Shown: positions 20,931 to 30,814, counted from the stretch's first letter. The stretch is 64,000 bases of DNA from a virus (IMGVR_UViG_2645727839_000001:51469-115468), one strand, 5' to 3'. The notes: generated by a model not told the origin, from the sequence alone. Translations and numbers: made by a program.

Positions 20931-20954
20931 GATTGTGCCACAGGTAGCACAATC
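20931..20954. promoter_or_regulatory. inverted repeat upstream of parA (possible ParA operator)
   Basis: GATTGTGC-cacaggta-GCACAATC. Confidence 0.45.
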
Positions 20955-21066
20955 GCTCATTTCTCTAAACCTCCCCTCATTCACAAAAATAGGTTAATAC
21001 TTGTTTTTTAGTGAAATCATGCCATAATCCTCGCAACTAATATAAGAAACGGTAAGGGGCTACATT

Positions 21067-22197
21067 ATGGTAGGCAATATCAAAATCGCGAATATCCTTG
21101 AGAAGTTCAATGAAGTAGGTAATGAAGTACTAATTGAATTACGTGAACATGGTGCATCGACTAAGAAATCTTCCGACCCTAGAAAATATGGCGCGCAAGA
21201 AGCTGCACATATATTAGGTCGCTCTCTTCCTTGGCTTCGTGACAACTCACGTCACATTGAAATCTCAGGTAACGGTAGAAGATATTACACGCTTCAAGAC
21301 CTGTGGGATTTGAGAGAGGCTGGTGGATTGATTTATCAGAAGCCGGAAGGAAAGAAAGCAATAAAGAAGGTTGTTGCTAACTTCAAAGGTGGTGTTGGTA
21401 AGAGTACGACCGTTATTCATGAAGCTCACTATATGGCTACATATAAAGGTATGAAAGTTCTAGTTATCGACCTAGACCCTCAAGCTTCAACCACATTCTG
21501 CATCAGCACAATGATTCCCGATTTGGATGTTGCACATGAGGATACGATCGTTGACTCGCTAACCAGTGACGTTTCGCTATGTGCTGATATCTTCCGTGGC
21601 ACATACATACCTGGAGTGGATTTCATACCGGCTAACCTATCTCTTCAAGCTCTAGATATGATGCTGTTGAATGCCGACGATGAGAACATTGATCGCTTGG
21701 GGCCTATTCATACTCGCCTTGATTCGGTTCTTAAGTTGGTAGATGAACACTACGACCTCATCCTTATTGACTGTCCACCTAATATGGGAATGGTTACAGC
21801 AAATGCTATCACTGCGGCTAACGCAATGACTCTGCCAATTCCACCAGCTCTATACGATGTAGGCTCTGCAATTCTATTCAACAAAACTATCAGCCAATTC
21901 CTAGAGCAGTCAGGTAAAGAGTTGGACTACTTCAAGGTTCTTCTAACTAAACACCCTGAGTCGGCTGCTTCTAAGCGAAACGAATCACGTATTCGCCAAA
22001 TCTTTGGTGATTACGTTTACGGTGGCTCAATTGTGGCTACTACTGAGTTTGAAAAGGCATCTGAAAACTTCACTACTGTTTACGACATCAACCGTGAAAT
22101 GACTTCTAAGAAGGTTTACGAGCGAGCACTTGAAAGCCTGAATGAAGTACATGAAGAGATGTTCGCAGACTACCAATCACTAATGGGAAATGAGTAA
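21067..22197 (+). CDS. parA: ParA/SopA type Ia partition ATPase
   Basis: N-terminal HTH, KGGVGKST, DLDPQAS, IDCPP. Confidence 0.95.
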   Translation: MVGNIKIANILEKFNEVGNEVLIELREHGASTKKSSDPRKYGAQEAAHILGRSLPWLRDNSRHIEISGNGRRYYTLQDLWDLREAGGLIYQKPEGKKAIKKVVANFKGGVGKSTTVIHEAHYMATYKGMKVLVIDLDPQASTTFCISTMIPDLDVAHEDTIVDSLTSDVSLCADIFRGTYIPGVDFIPANLSLQALDMMLLNADDENIDRLGPIHTRLDSVLKLVDEHYDLILIDCPPNMGMVTANAITAANAMTLPIPPALYDVGSAILFNKTISQFLEQSGKELDYFKVLLTKHPESAASKRNESRIRQIFGDYVYGGSIVATTEFEKASENFTTVYDINREMTSKKVYERALESLNEVHEEMFADYQSLMGNE

Positions 22198-23357
22198 TGA
22201 CTGACACAAAGAGAAATCAAGACAAGGTACATGCAGCTTCACCTATGCTTGCAGGTTTGAACAGAGATAGAGGTAACGATCGCTCTTCTGTCAGACGTGA
22301 CACAAACAAGCCTAAGTTGGACATCATGAGCAAGATTAATGAGTCCAAAAAACCAATCGAAGAGGGTAGTGCAGCCTCGGAAAGTGTCACCACGCAGGAG
22401 ACAAAATCTGAAAATGTCACCACGCAGGAGACAAATTCAAAAAATGTCACCACGCAGGAGACAAAACCCGATGTTGAGAAAGCTGCTCCTAAAAAGAAGA
22501 AAGCCAAAGAATCTACCGCATCTGAAATAGCTATCGAGTTAATCACCCCTTGGGGGTTTGCTGATAGACCGGATGATGAGTTTGGTGATGATGAAGAATG
22601 GCACTCGTTTGTTCAATCTATTCGCCAAGATGGAATTGACCAGCCTGTTACTGTTCGCCCTAAGAAGGGTGGCAAAGGTTATGAATTGATATGTGGTCGT
22701 CGTCGTTACACGGCTGCACTCGAATGCAACATGAGAGCTATGCCATGTATCGTTCGTGATCTTGATGATATGGAGGCCGCTCTACTTCAAGACCGTGAGA
22801 ACGAACAGCGTAAAGACCTATCGGTTTGGGCTAGAGCCAAGAACTGGCAGAACCTACTCGACAACAATGTATTCAAAAACTCATCACAGTTAGGTGCTCA
22901 TCTTGGTTTAGATCGACGCTACGTAAATAAAGTAATGGTGTTTACTCGCATTGAGCCTGAAATTGAGGCTGCTATTTCCAACAAGGGAAATGTAAGTATG
23001 TCGTTAGCACAAGAGTTGGTTAATCTAACTCGAGTTACTGACCTACAGCCGAAGAGTACTGTTAAGAAAAATATCGAGGCTATCGTTGCTGTAGCGGATA
23101 AGATTTCAATTGGTGGAATGACCGGAGCTAAGTTGAAGTCGCTAATCAATAAGGCTGACTCTGACGAAAGCAAAACAGATAACGAAATTGCCTACGACAA
23201 GAATATAGGTGTTGTTGACGGTACTAGATATATTACTTTGCGTAAGGATAGTAACGGAACACCAACTATCAGTATTTTAAAAGAGGCTAGGGAGCTTATT
23301 ACTGAGCAAGAGATTGCGGAGCTTATTACCTCTCTAATTGTTGACTCCAAAAAATAA
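22197..23357 (+). CDS. parB: ParB/SopB CTPase
   Basis: GIDQPVTVR, ICGRRRYTA, ENEQRKDLS, HTH. Confidence 0.95.
   Translation: MTDTKRNQDKVHAASPMLAGLNRDRGNDRSSVRRDTNKPKLDIMSKINESKKPIEEGSAASESVTTQETKSENVTTQETNSKNVTTQETKPDVEKAAPKKKKAKESTASEIAIELITPWGFADRPDDEFGDDEEWHSFVQSIRQDGIDQPVTVRPKKGGKGYELICGRRRYTAALECNMRAMPCIVRDLDDMEAALLQDRENEQRKDLSVWARAKNWQNLLDNNVFKNSSQLGAHLGLDRRYVNKVMVFTRIEPEIEAAISNKGNVSMSLAQELVNLTRVTDLQPKSTVKKNIEAIVAVADKISIGGMTGAKLKSLINKADSDESKTDNEIAYDKNIGVVDGTRYITLRKDSNGTPTISILKEARELITEQEIAELITSLIVDSKK
22381..22470 (+). repeat. three tandem 30-bp repeats inside parB with identical pseudo-palindromic 19-bp core
   Basis: TGTCACCACGCAGGAGACA at 22385, 22415, 22445. Confidence 0.9.
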
Positions 23358-23524
23358 TAAACAATGATGTGTAGGCGCGAATATTTATATTTAGCGCCTA
23401 TATTAACACTCAAAAATTGAAAGTTGAGTTTGAGAATTCGATTGTGGTGGTGTCAAAATAGAGCTGTGTTTAATTCTCAGAAGAGATTAAAAGAAAGATG
23501 ATAAATGTTAGCAGTGTAAAACTA

Positions 23525-23556
23525 AGCGCTCTCAGAATTGATTTGAGAGCGTTTTT
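23525..23556 (+). terminator. hairpin/terminator downstream of parB
   Basis: CGCTCTCA...TGAGAGCG followed by TTTTT. Confidence 0.55.
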
Positions 23557-23662
23557 GATTTTTGGGGAATTTTCTTATTTTGATGTGAATCGAGGGGAAT
23601 TTTCAGAAAACGAAACGCCAAAATTTTTGAACTGACTTTTGCCAATTTTCAAAATTGCCATT

Positions 23663-24187
23663 TTACTTCTCAATTACCTCTTCAAAACCATTCGACTTGT
23701 TCAACTGCTCAATAGCCAGATTATTCTTTTTAGTTTCTAAACTCACACGGCTAGTTTCAATCGCATCATAAAAAGCCTGCGAGAAAGTAGGCCAAGTTCT
23801 AGAATCCATAACGACAAACTTTTTACCTCGCTCTGTTGGGAAGAAAAAAGTTTCCTCTATATATAGATAGCCATTTTTTACTAATCGCTCTCTTACTTCT
23901 TCCGGTGGCATGATAGAGCCACAACTTTTTCTCATTACACTTTCGCCCAACTCTTCACAAGAATATTGAACAATAGAAGAGGGCTTATCTTCATTTTGCT
24001 CTACACATCCCTTTTTAGTTTGTTCTGGTGTGAATACTTTCAGTCTTGAATCGGTTTCTAACATGGCTGTTTGAAATAGCTTTCTCTCTTTGTGACAAGT
24101 CAGCTCCAATCCCATCTTTCTTATCTCGATAAAAGCCTTAGCAAATGCTAAGGCTTCTTCGGCTGATTCTCGGTTTTTATCAGTCAT
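23663..24187 (-). CDS. hypothetical protein
   Basis: 174 aa ORF. Confidence 0.7.
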   Translation of the reverse strand: MTDKNRESAEEALAFAKAFIEIRKMGLELTCHKERKLFQTAMLETDSRLKVFTPEQTKKGCVEQNEDKPSSIVQYSCEELGESVMRKSCGSIMPPEEVRERLVKNGYLYIEETFFFPTERGKKFVVMDSRTWPTFSQAFYDAIETSRVSLETKKNNLAIEQLNKSNGFEEVIEK

Positions 24188-24202
24188 AGTTATCTCTTCG
24201 TG

Positions 24203-24871
24203 TTAACCGTCTAGGTCATCTAGTAGTGAATCTAAATCTAGGTCATCGAGGTCTTCGGATTCTTCCTTTTCCTCTTTCACAGGGTCACCACTTCCGGCAT
24301 CGTAAACTGTGCCATCTGCGCTAAGGTTTATGACTTCTCCACCTAAGATAGACTCTTCGGGTTCACCATTGGAATCGAGAAGCAATGCGTCGATGGGGTC
24401 ATTAGGGTCTAGCTCTCTGTTGAGCCTTTCTGCTTCTTCTTCCGCTATGACATCAGCCATCAACTCATCCACTTCTGCAATCGAAGCTTCTAAGTCCTCA
24501 TCTATATCAGAGACAAGGTTTGTCATCTCTTCTGACCGGGCTTCCTCAACTGTCTCTTTGTCGTGAAGTGCCTCTAAGCGTTCATCAAGACGATCATCGA
24601 ACTCAACCATTAAGTCTTTAGCTTCTGGCTCTGCCTCTAGAAGTTCGCCTTCTATTACAGGTTCTTTAGTTTTCTCGGGGGGAGGTGTGGTGACAACATC
24701 GGAGGTGATGAGCAAAGCAAAGTCTATCTCTGATTCGGTAGCTGACGACAAGGCTTCTAGAACCTCTGTGGTGCGCTCGTCTGTCTCCTGAGAGTAGAAC
24801 TTAACTAATGGTGATTTAAGAAGGGATTTATTTGCTGCTACTAAATGTAGAATTTGAACCGCTTTGCTCAT
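24203..24871 (-). CDS. highly acidic hypothetical protein with SSB-like C-terminal tail
   Basis: D/E-rich; ends LDSLLDDLDG. Confidence 0.75.
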   Translation of the reverse strand: MSKAVQILHLVAANKSLLKSPLVKFYSQETDERTTEVLEALSSATESEIDFALLITSDVVTTPPPEKTKEPVIEGELLEAEPEAKDLMVEFDDRLDERLEALHDKETVEEARSEEMTNLVSDIDEDLEASIAEVDELMADVIAEEEAERLNRELDPNDPIDALLLDSNGEPEESILGGEVINLSADGTVYDAGSGDPVKEEKEESEDLDDLDLDSLLDDLDG

Positions 24872-24948
24872 AATTGTCTCTTAAAGTGTGTGAACTGAAT
24901 ATGTTCTTACTATAAGAGACTAAGCGAGGGATATCGGGGAGGCTTTTA

Positions 24949-25206
24949 CTAATTGCCGACAATGAAAGTATCGATTCTTGGCACTTCACATAAGCCTAGA
25001 AAGCTTGCGAGAGACATACAGGCGACAATGTGTTTAACGAGAGAACCGGATTCATCCACTCCTATCTCAGTTTTTCCCTCTATATATAGAGAGCAAAGTG
25101 CCTCTTCATCGATGAATCGGATTGGCATGGAGTAAAGTTCTGACTTTTCCAGAAATGAAAAATGGGGATGGTTAAGGATGTCAGGGATATCTTTAAGGAA
25201 TTTCAT
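24949..25206 (-). CDS. hypothetical protein
   Basis: 85 aa ORF. Confidence 0.5.
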   Translation of the reverse strand: MKFLKDIPDILNHPHFSFLEKSELYSMPIRFIDEEALCSLYIEGKTEIGVDESGSLVKHIVACMSLASFLGLCEVPRIDTFIVGN

Positions 25207-25262
25207 GGTGCCACCGTTCTTAAGTTGTAAGGCAGGGTAGCACCACGAATAGAAAGATCAAA

Positions 25263-25556
25263 TTAATCTAATTTGGAGACCTTATTTCTCAAAATAGCCA
25301 GCTCACTCTCAACAGAGCTAGTTTGTCGCTTGAGGCGGCCAATCGACTTTTTGGCTTCATCAATGACAGGTTCGTACCTTTCTTTGGCTTCATCTAGACC
25401 TGCAAACTTGCCTATCTCCCAAGCTGTCTTAGTGACAGAGAAACCAAATATGGCTATCGATATAATGTGAAAACCTAATATCACTGACAACAGAAAGAAG
25501 AATAGGTTAAGGGCATAAACAATCTTAAGTTTCTTTGAATGCTTCACTGCTAACAA
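25263..25556 (-). CDS. membrane protein with C-terminal coiled coil
   Basis: long hydrophobic segment then heptads. Confidence 0.6.
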   Translation of the reverse strand: MLAVKHSKKLKIVYALNLFFFLLSVILGFHIISIAIFGFSVTKTAWEIGKFAGLDEAKERYEPVIDEAKKSIGRLKRQTSSVESELAILRNKVSKLD

Positions 25557-26932
25557 CCCTGTCCATCTTCTGCCGACTTGTCAGTTCGGATCTTAATGTA
25601 ACGTGGGTGACGCAAACTACCGTCCTTAGTTTCTTCGTGAGCATGTACCTGAATGACTTGGCCCACCAGCATCTCACCGTTAGGTTCTATGACATGCTCA
25701 ATGGTTTCGTTACCTTTCTTGGAGTAATAAGTGACAGGCTCATCATGGTAGTTAGCCCAATGCTGCGCACGTTCTTCAATAGACCAGCCGCCACCGATAC
25801 GAACCTCAACGGTTTTACCCTTTGAGTTCTCATAGTCACAGATAGCAGCACCCATTAGGTGTTCGAACTCTTTACCTTCTTCGCCTGGCACCAACTCTTT
25901 AACTACCAAGTCCTTATCAATAAGACCTTTCATTTTTAGCCAGTTCTTCGAACGCTTACCTTCCCATAGGCCGTTAGGCACTTTAACTATCAGACCCTCT
26001 TTACCGGAATCATGAACTCGTTTGAAGTACTCCCTAGCATGAGCCTCATTTTGAATGCTAACTGCATCGGTTAACGAGATACGTGGGAACTGTTCACCAT
26101 ACTTAAAGAAGAAGTCCTTCATCTTCTCTCGACGTTCGGAGTAAACCAATCGACTCTTTCTAGAATCGAATTCGTTTTGAGTAAGGATATCGATAACCTT
26201 TATCTGCATAGTCTTAGTGCCACCTTTCTTACGAGCGCCACTAACAGAGTCGTTGAAGTCGTCGCTTGCCTCAACCATCTCACTATCTATAACCATCAAA
26301 CAGTCTGCATCTTCCACAAACTCTTTTCGCCAACAGCTCATTAAGATCTCTGATTGAGCCTTTAACTCTTCATTGGCATATAAAGGAAGACCATTTCGAG
26401 ATACGTACTCATGGCTCTTGTTCTCTAAACAGAACCCACGAACGCCATCTTCCTTTATCTCAGCGAAAGCCGGCCACTCAATCTCATGACAGTAATCATC
26501 AAAGGGATGAGCCAACATGTTTTTGAAAACATAGATGGTGTTAGGGAACACCTTGTTAACCGTAGATTCTGAAAAACCTGCCTTTAGGTTTCTCTTAATG
26601 ATACGGCTTAAGAGTTCAGAGGATTTAGGAGTAAGTCTTTCTAACTCATTTTTGACCGCATCTTTCGCAGCGTTACCAGTAAGAAGTCGATCTCTTAGGT
26701 TTTGAAGAAGTTCTAAGGTTTCTCTAGAGAACTCCTCATCTCCAAAATGAGAGGTTTTAGGTAGCTTGTTCATACCAAATGTTATGAAAGGGTCTAGTGA
26801 ACTACACAAAACCATTTTAAAGAGTCGATTCTCCCAATATTCTCGGATTAGATTTTCTTTGTCTGTTTTACTGGATAGCTCAGAAATGTTTTCTAAAAGG
26901 TCTAAGACCTCATCAGAGTGCAATTGGATCAT
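25550..26932 (-). CDS. ATP-dependent DNA ligase
   Basis: EIKEDGVR (KxDG), EGLIVK, WLKMK, SLRHPRY motifs. Confidence 0.95.
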   Translation of the reverse strand: MIQLHSDEVLDLLENISELSSKTDKENLIREYWENRLFKMVLCSSLDPFITFGMNKLPKTSHFGDEEFSRETLELLQNLRDRLLTGNAAKDAVKNELERLTPKSSELLSRIIKRNLKAGFSESTVNKVFPNTIYVFKNMLAHPFDDYCHEIEWPAFAEIKEDGVRGFCLENKSHEYVSRNGLPLYANEELKAQSEILMSCWRKEFVEDADCLMVIDSEMVEASDDFNDSVSGARKKGGTKTMQIKVIDILTQNEFDSRKSRLVYSERREKMKDFFFKYGEQFPRISLTDAVSIQNEAHAREYFKRVHDSGKEGLIVKVPNGLWEGKRSKNWLKMKGLIDKDLVVKELVPGEEGKEFEHLMGAAICDYENSKGKTVEVRIGGGWSIEERAQHWANYHDEPVTYYSKKGNETIEHVIEPNGEMLVGQVIQVHAHEETKDGSLRHPRYIKIRTDKSAEDGQGC

Positions 26933-27450
26933 TTGTTACCTCTTGAGTAGCGTTTGGCAAATTGAATTGGAGTCTCCCCTTTTTTTGGTTTGATGACGCT
27001 CGGCGTTTTTGATTCGCGATGTATGGCGGCATTGATTGCCACTGACATGTCAGAGCCCATCATTTCCTCGTCGATAGACTTAGGTTTTGATTTTTGAGGG
27101 GTAGGTTTGGTAGTCGAAGAAAAAGATCTTCTCTTTGAAGTAGATGAGTACGGCTTAGCAATAGGGGTCTTGATAACTTCCTTGCGCTCGACAAAGTACA
27201 GACCTTTGCCTACTTCCTTTTCTTCCTCTCTCATAGTGAAAGCAATGCATTCACCTTTTCTAAGAGCGGTTTGGCAATCTGGAAAGGACTCACCAATCCT
27301 GTTCTCTTCAACTGCCATCAAAAAGTTTACGCAGATTGAGTAATGACACCTTCTATTAAGTGCGCCACAACCAATGATGTGAGTGTTCTTACATGAAGCC
27401 GACACATTAGCTCCACTTAAGCGTTCATGTCTCATCCCCAAGCTCCCCAA
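26929..27450 (-). CDS. hypothetical Cys-containing protein
   Basis: 173 aa ORF coupled to ligase. Confidence 0.7.
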   Translation of the reverse strand: MGSLGMRHERLSGANVSASCKNTHIIGCGALNRRCHYSICVNFLMAVEENRIGESFPDCQTALRKGECIAFTMREEEKEVGKGLYFVERKEVIKTPIAKPYSSTSKRRSFSSTTKPTPQKSKPKSIDEEMMGSDMSVAINAAIHRESKTPSVIKPKKGETPIQFAKRYSRGNK

Positions 27451-27890
27451 TCAGCGTGAAATGCCGACTCTGAAACTCTTCTGGTTTTGACAATGTTAGG
27501 GTCACCAAAGACTACTTTACCTAGCTTCTCTTCCGACTCTAGTTCGGCTCTCAGCTCAGTGAAGCTTTTAGCCTCTGCCTTTGAGTAAGGGATACATTCT
27601 TTGATCGTCTTCTCTAGCTCTTCGATGCTAAACATACCGTACATAGTCATATCGCCATCACCGTACTGGCGTTCTTTGCGCTTCTTACGTTCCGCTTTGA
27701 ACATGCCTTTACCGAGATTGATGTTCTTGTACACGTCTAACTTGAAAGTGCCTTTGGTTTGAGTTTTACCCCAACGCTTTAGTACGTAGCTTTGTGATTT
27801 CTCACCTGTATCTATCAGAAACAGGTCATAGTCCTTACTTCCGCTAGTGTGCTGAAAGTGGATATGAGTAAGGGAGATAGTGGGTCCCAT
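27432..27890 (-). CDS. WGR-domain-like protein
   Basis: SKDY.L......V..RWGK...KG...K.K..Y pattern. Confidence 0.55.
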   Translation of the reverse strand: MGPTISLTHIHFQHTSGSKDYDLFLIDTGEKSQSYVLKRWGKTQTKGTFKLDVYKNINLGKGMFKAERKKRKERQYGDGDMTMYGMFSIEELEKTIKECIPYSKAEAKSFTELRAELESEEKLGKVVFGDPNIVKTRRVSESAFHADWGAWG

Positions 27891-27914
27891 AAATGATTCC
27901 TCTTTGTGTGCGAT

Positions 27915-27930
27915 AAGTCACTTGTGACTT
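27915..27930. promoter_or_regulatory. 16-bp operator-like site between -10 (TATACT, 27939-27944 minus) and RBS
   Basis: AAGTCACTTGTGACTT. Confidence 0.75.
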
Positions 27931-27999
27931 ATTTGTGTAGTATAAGAAATCATAAACGGGGAAACAACAAGGGACTATGAAAGTCCCTTGCTTTCTAAC

Positions 28000-28692
28000 C
28001 TAACCAAGAATGTAGGAAAACTTAACTAGTAGCTCATTACGCGAAGCTACTTGGGTTTTTTGAAAGATGTGGTTGATGTGGGTTTTGACTGTAGCTAGAG
28101 ATACCCCTAAAGACATTGCTATGTTTTTATTATCTAAACCTTTCATAATGCTTTCTAGAACATCCATCTCTCGGCTTGTGATGCAAAACTCAGAGCGAAT
28201 GCTGTCGCGGCAGCTATCTCGTTTAGGTAAGTAAAGGGTTTTGATAGAGAACTCTATGAATCGGTGCAAAGCGTTCATCGTGTTAATTTCCTCTTTAGTG
28301 AAGGGAGGAAATGAGTCATCTCTTAGTATCGTCAAAACCGCGACAATGTTTTTAGAGTTATCCCTAAAGAACATATCCGCAACGTGCTCTATATTGAGTG
28401 GTTGCAAAAATTCTTTGTAGTATACGGAGCTGCGCCAGTTGGTGTTGTGGAACAGCTTTTCCAAAATTACTAATTTCTCATCGCTTTTTTCGAATCGACG
28501 AGGCGCAGCTAGATCAAGCTCGAGAAATCTATCTCGGTACTCTCTGTCAGTGCTTGCGGATACTCCATTCAAAGCAATGCCTCTTGCGCTCATGTGTTTA
28601 TCCACAAAGTAAAATGCAGATGAGGTGATAGGCATTAGTCCATTAATTAGTTGCAGTATTTCCTTATGTAGTAGTTCAATTTCTTGTGACAT
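28000..28692 (-). CDS. LuxR-family regulator with N-terminal sensor domain (MoaR-like)
   Basis: ITSREMDVL..G..NK.IA..LGVS..TVKTHI..IF.K LuxR HTH; adjacent to MoaF-like gene. Confidence 0.85.
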   Translation of the reverse strand: MSQEIELLHKEILQLINGLMPITSSAFYFVDKHMSARGIALNGVSASTDREYRDRFLELDLAAPRRFEKSDEKLVILEKLFHNTNWRSSVYYKEFLQPLNIEHVADMFFRDNSKNIVAVLTILRDDSFPPFTKEEINTMNALHRFIEFSIKTLYLPKRDSCRDSIRSEFCITSREMDVLESIMKGLDNKNIAMSLGVSLATVKTHINHIFQKTQVASRNELLVKFSYILG

Positions 28693-28704
28693 TTTAAAGT
28701 TCCA

Positions 28705-28734
28705 AAAAAAAGCCGCTCTAGTGTTGAGCGGCTT
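28705..28734 (-). terminator. intrinsic terminator after moaF-like gene
   Basis: AGCCGCTC..GAGCGGCT followed by T7. Confidence 0.75.
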
Positions 28735-28754
28735 ATCATTACTATAGGCTTTTG

Positions 28755-29579
28755 CTATTCAATATGATGCTCAGTTTCATTAAGAATAGACGCCTTAGCA
28801 CCGACTGGGAAGTTGTTAATCTTCTTAAACTCAGTGCCGTCAAAGCCTAAAATTTTACCTGTAGTCTTGAAGCGGCTCAGGTCGATCATGATGATACCCA
28901 GTGTAGGGATCACCTTTTCACGCCATACGAACAGGAATAGATCATCTGCCACTTTAAAGTGGTGACACTTATCTGTCTCAACCAAACCTCGTTCTACACC
29001 TTTCATGCAATGCCATGTGTAGTAGTTTGAGTTTAGGTAAATATGTTCGTAGTACTCATGAGGGCTGTATTCGTACTGAACGCGCTTACCAACTAACTCT
29101 TCTGTCTCTTCATGGCCGGACATCTCGCCAAATGGCTTGCCAATTGAGCATTGAAGAATGTCCACCTGAACACTTGTCAGCAACTCACCAGACTTAACTC
29201 GTTGGTAAATTGGGCGCATTGCTTCGCTCTCACTTGGCATTTGGCCAACTACGATTGTCGCTTTCTCTTCCGCCAGGTTCAGAACAATGCTTGCGCTTGC
29301 CGCAAACTCTTCCTCTTTGACGAAATCGACGAAATAAATTCCCTCACGGAGACAAGTAGCCTTGTAGATACCTTGACCTTTAGCGCCTTTCTCAACGCCA
29401 TCTAAAACTTCCCAAGTTAGAACCTTTTCAGATTCAAAGTGGTGGCTAATTGCCATATCTTCTGCGTGAAGAATAAAAGTTTTACCTGTCAAATCATTTA
29501 CGTGCTCTAGGATGTTTGCTTCCTTTGCAAACCCTTCTGCTAGTGCGTCTACTTGTACCCATTCAGTTTGTGCATTCAT
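28755..29579 (-). CDS. moaF: MoaF-family protein
   Basis: ELVGKRV.Y.YS..E.YEHIYLN...YTWHC..G.E.GL..TD, LFVWREK pattern recalled for MoaF. Confidence 0.7.
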   Translation of the reverse strand: MNAQTEWVQVDALAEGFAKEANILEHVNDLTGKTFILHAEDMAISHHFESEKVLTWEVLDGVEKGAKGQGIYKATCLREGIYFVDFVKEEEFAASASIVLNLAEEKATIVVGQMPSESEAMRPIYQRVKSGELLTSVQVDILQCSIGKPFGEMSGHEETEELVGKRVQYEYSPHEYYEHIYLNSNYYTWHCMKGVERGLVETDKCHHFKVADDLFLFVWREKVIPTLGIIMIDLSRFKTTGKILGFDGTEFKKINNFPVGAKASILNETEHHIE

Positions 29580-29724
29580 TTCAATAATTCTCTAAAAAAC
29601 CGCAGCTCTCTTTCGCTGCGTAGTCATCATCGTGATTTTGAATGCTCTCTGACATCAATCTAAAGATTGAATGTTGTTACTATAAGAAAAAATATACATG
29701 AGTCATGCAGGTGTTAACAGACAT

Positions 29725-29752
29725 AAAAAAAGGGCTTCCGAAGAAGCCCTTT
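29725..29752 (-). terminator. intrinsic terminator after maa
   Basis: GGGCTTC-CGAA-GAAGCCC with A/T runs. Confidence 0.75.
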
Positions 29753-29757
29753 ATTTT

Positions 29758-30309
29758 TTAAAGAGATTTGATAGGTTTAGCAGGGACACCCGCTACCACC
29801 GTATTGGGCGGTACATCCTTATTTACAACGGCACCAGCTGCAACAATTGAATTCTCACCAATAGTTACTCCGCCTAAGATTGTTGCGTTCGCGCCAATCC
29901 ACACACGGTCACCAATTACAATAGGTAATGATTGCTCATAGCCTTCTGAACGCTGAATGGCATCAAGAGGGTGACCAGTTGTGGTAATCACAACGTTAGG
30001 CGCAAGCAGTACTGACTCACCGATTGTAACGAAGTTACCATCAAGAATGGTGCAGCCATGATTTGCATAGAAGTGATCACCTACAATGATATTGCAACCG
30101 TAATCGCAATTAAATGGTGATTCTAGGTGTGCTGTTTTGTTACCAATAAGTTCTGCGGTGATACGCTCACGAACTTGGGAGTCAAAAGCTTGATTTAGTT
30201 GGTAACATTTGAATTTTGTAGTGGCTCGCTCTTCTTCAAGGCTTGTTTCAAAAGCCATGTACATTTCGCCAGTTAACATTTTTTCTCTTTCAGTGTTGAT
30301 ATTCATCAT
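29758..30309 (-). CDS. maa: sugar O-acetyltransferase (Maa/LacA family)
   Basis: EREKML.GE.Y, PF.CDYG.NI..G, hexapeptide repeats, VWIG, GVPAK. Confidence 0.9.
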   Translation of the reverse strand: MMNINTEREKMLTGEMYMAFETSLEEERATTKFKCYQLNQAFDSQVRERITAELIGNKTAHLESPFNCDYGCNIIVGDHFYANHGCTILDGNFVTIGESVLLAPNVVITTTGHPLDAIQRSEGYEQSLPIVIGDRVWIGANATILGGVTIGENSIVAAGAVVNKDVPPNTVVAGVPAKPIKSL

Positions 30310-30369
30310 AGTGTTTCTCTTTGTGTAGTGAGTTCTCAGTATATGAGAATAATCAAGGTTACTAAAGAT

Positions 30370-30400
30370 AAAAAAAAAGGACTTCCGAAGAAGTCCTTTT
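30370..30400 (-). terminator. intrinsic terminator
   Basis: GGACTTC-CGAA-GAAGTCC with A/T runs. Confidence 0.75.
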
Positions 30401-30430
30401 ATGACATGAAAGATGTTATGCGTAACTCTA

Positions 30431-30814
30431 TCAACCTTTCAGTACTGAGTTCAAAAGGTTCGTATAGGCTGACTTGACACCTGTATCCTCGACCTCAGTT
30501 TCACTCTGGTCGATCTCAACTTTTCTGTCTAAGCCGCGAACTAGGCAACTAATGTAACCAATGCTCACACCTGTTATTTTGGAGATATCTCGTAAGCTGT
30601 ATTTCTTATCAGCCATTGCTCTTATTTTGGCAATGACCTCATCAGAGTACTGCTTACTTCTTCCTCCAACCTTCTGTTTAAACTCCATACCGTTTCTATA
30701 TAGGTATTGATAGATAGTTCTTCGACTTTTCCCTGTTAACTCCGCCAGCTCATCCAAATCCATAAATTGCGAGTTGGTTTCAACTATCTGTCTTTGTTTA
30801 TCAGTCCAAGCCAT
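30431..30814 (-). CDS. double-HTH DNA-binding protein
   Basis: [16 protein letters not shown] and [17 protein letters not shown]. Confidence 0.7.
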   Translation of the reverse strand: MAWTDKQRQIVETNSQFMDLDELAELTGKSRRTIYQYLYRNGMEFKQKVGGRSKQYSDEVIAKIRAMADKKYSLRDISKITGVSIGYISCLVRGLDRKVEIDQSETEVEDTGVKSAYTNLLNSVLKG

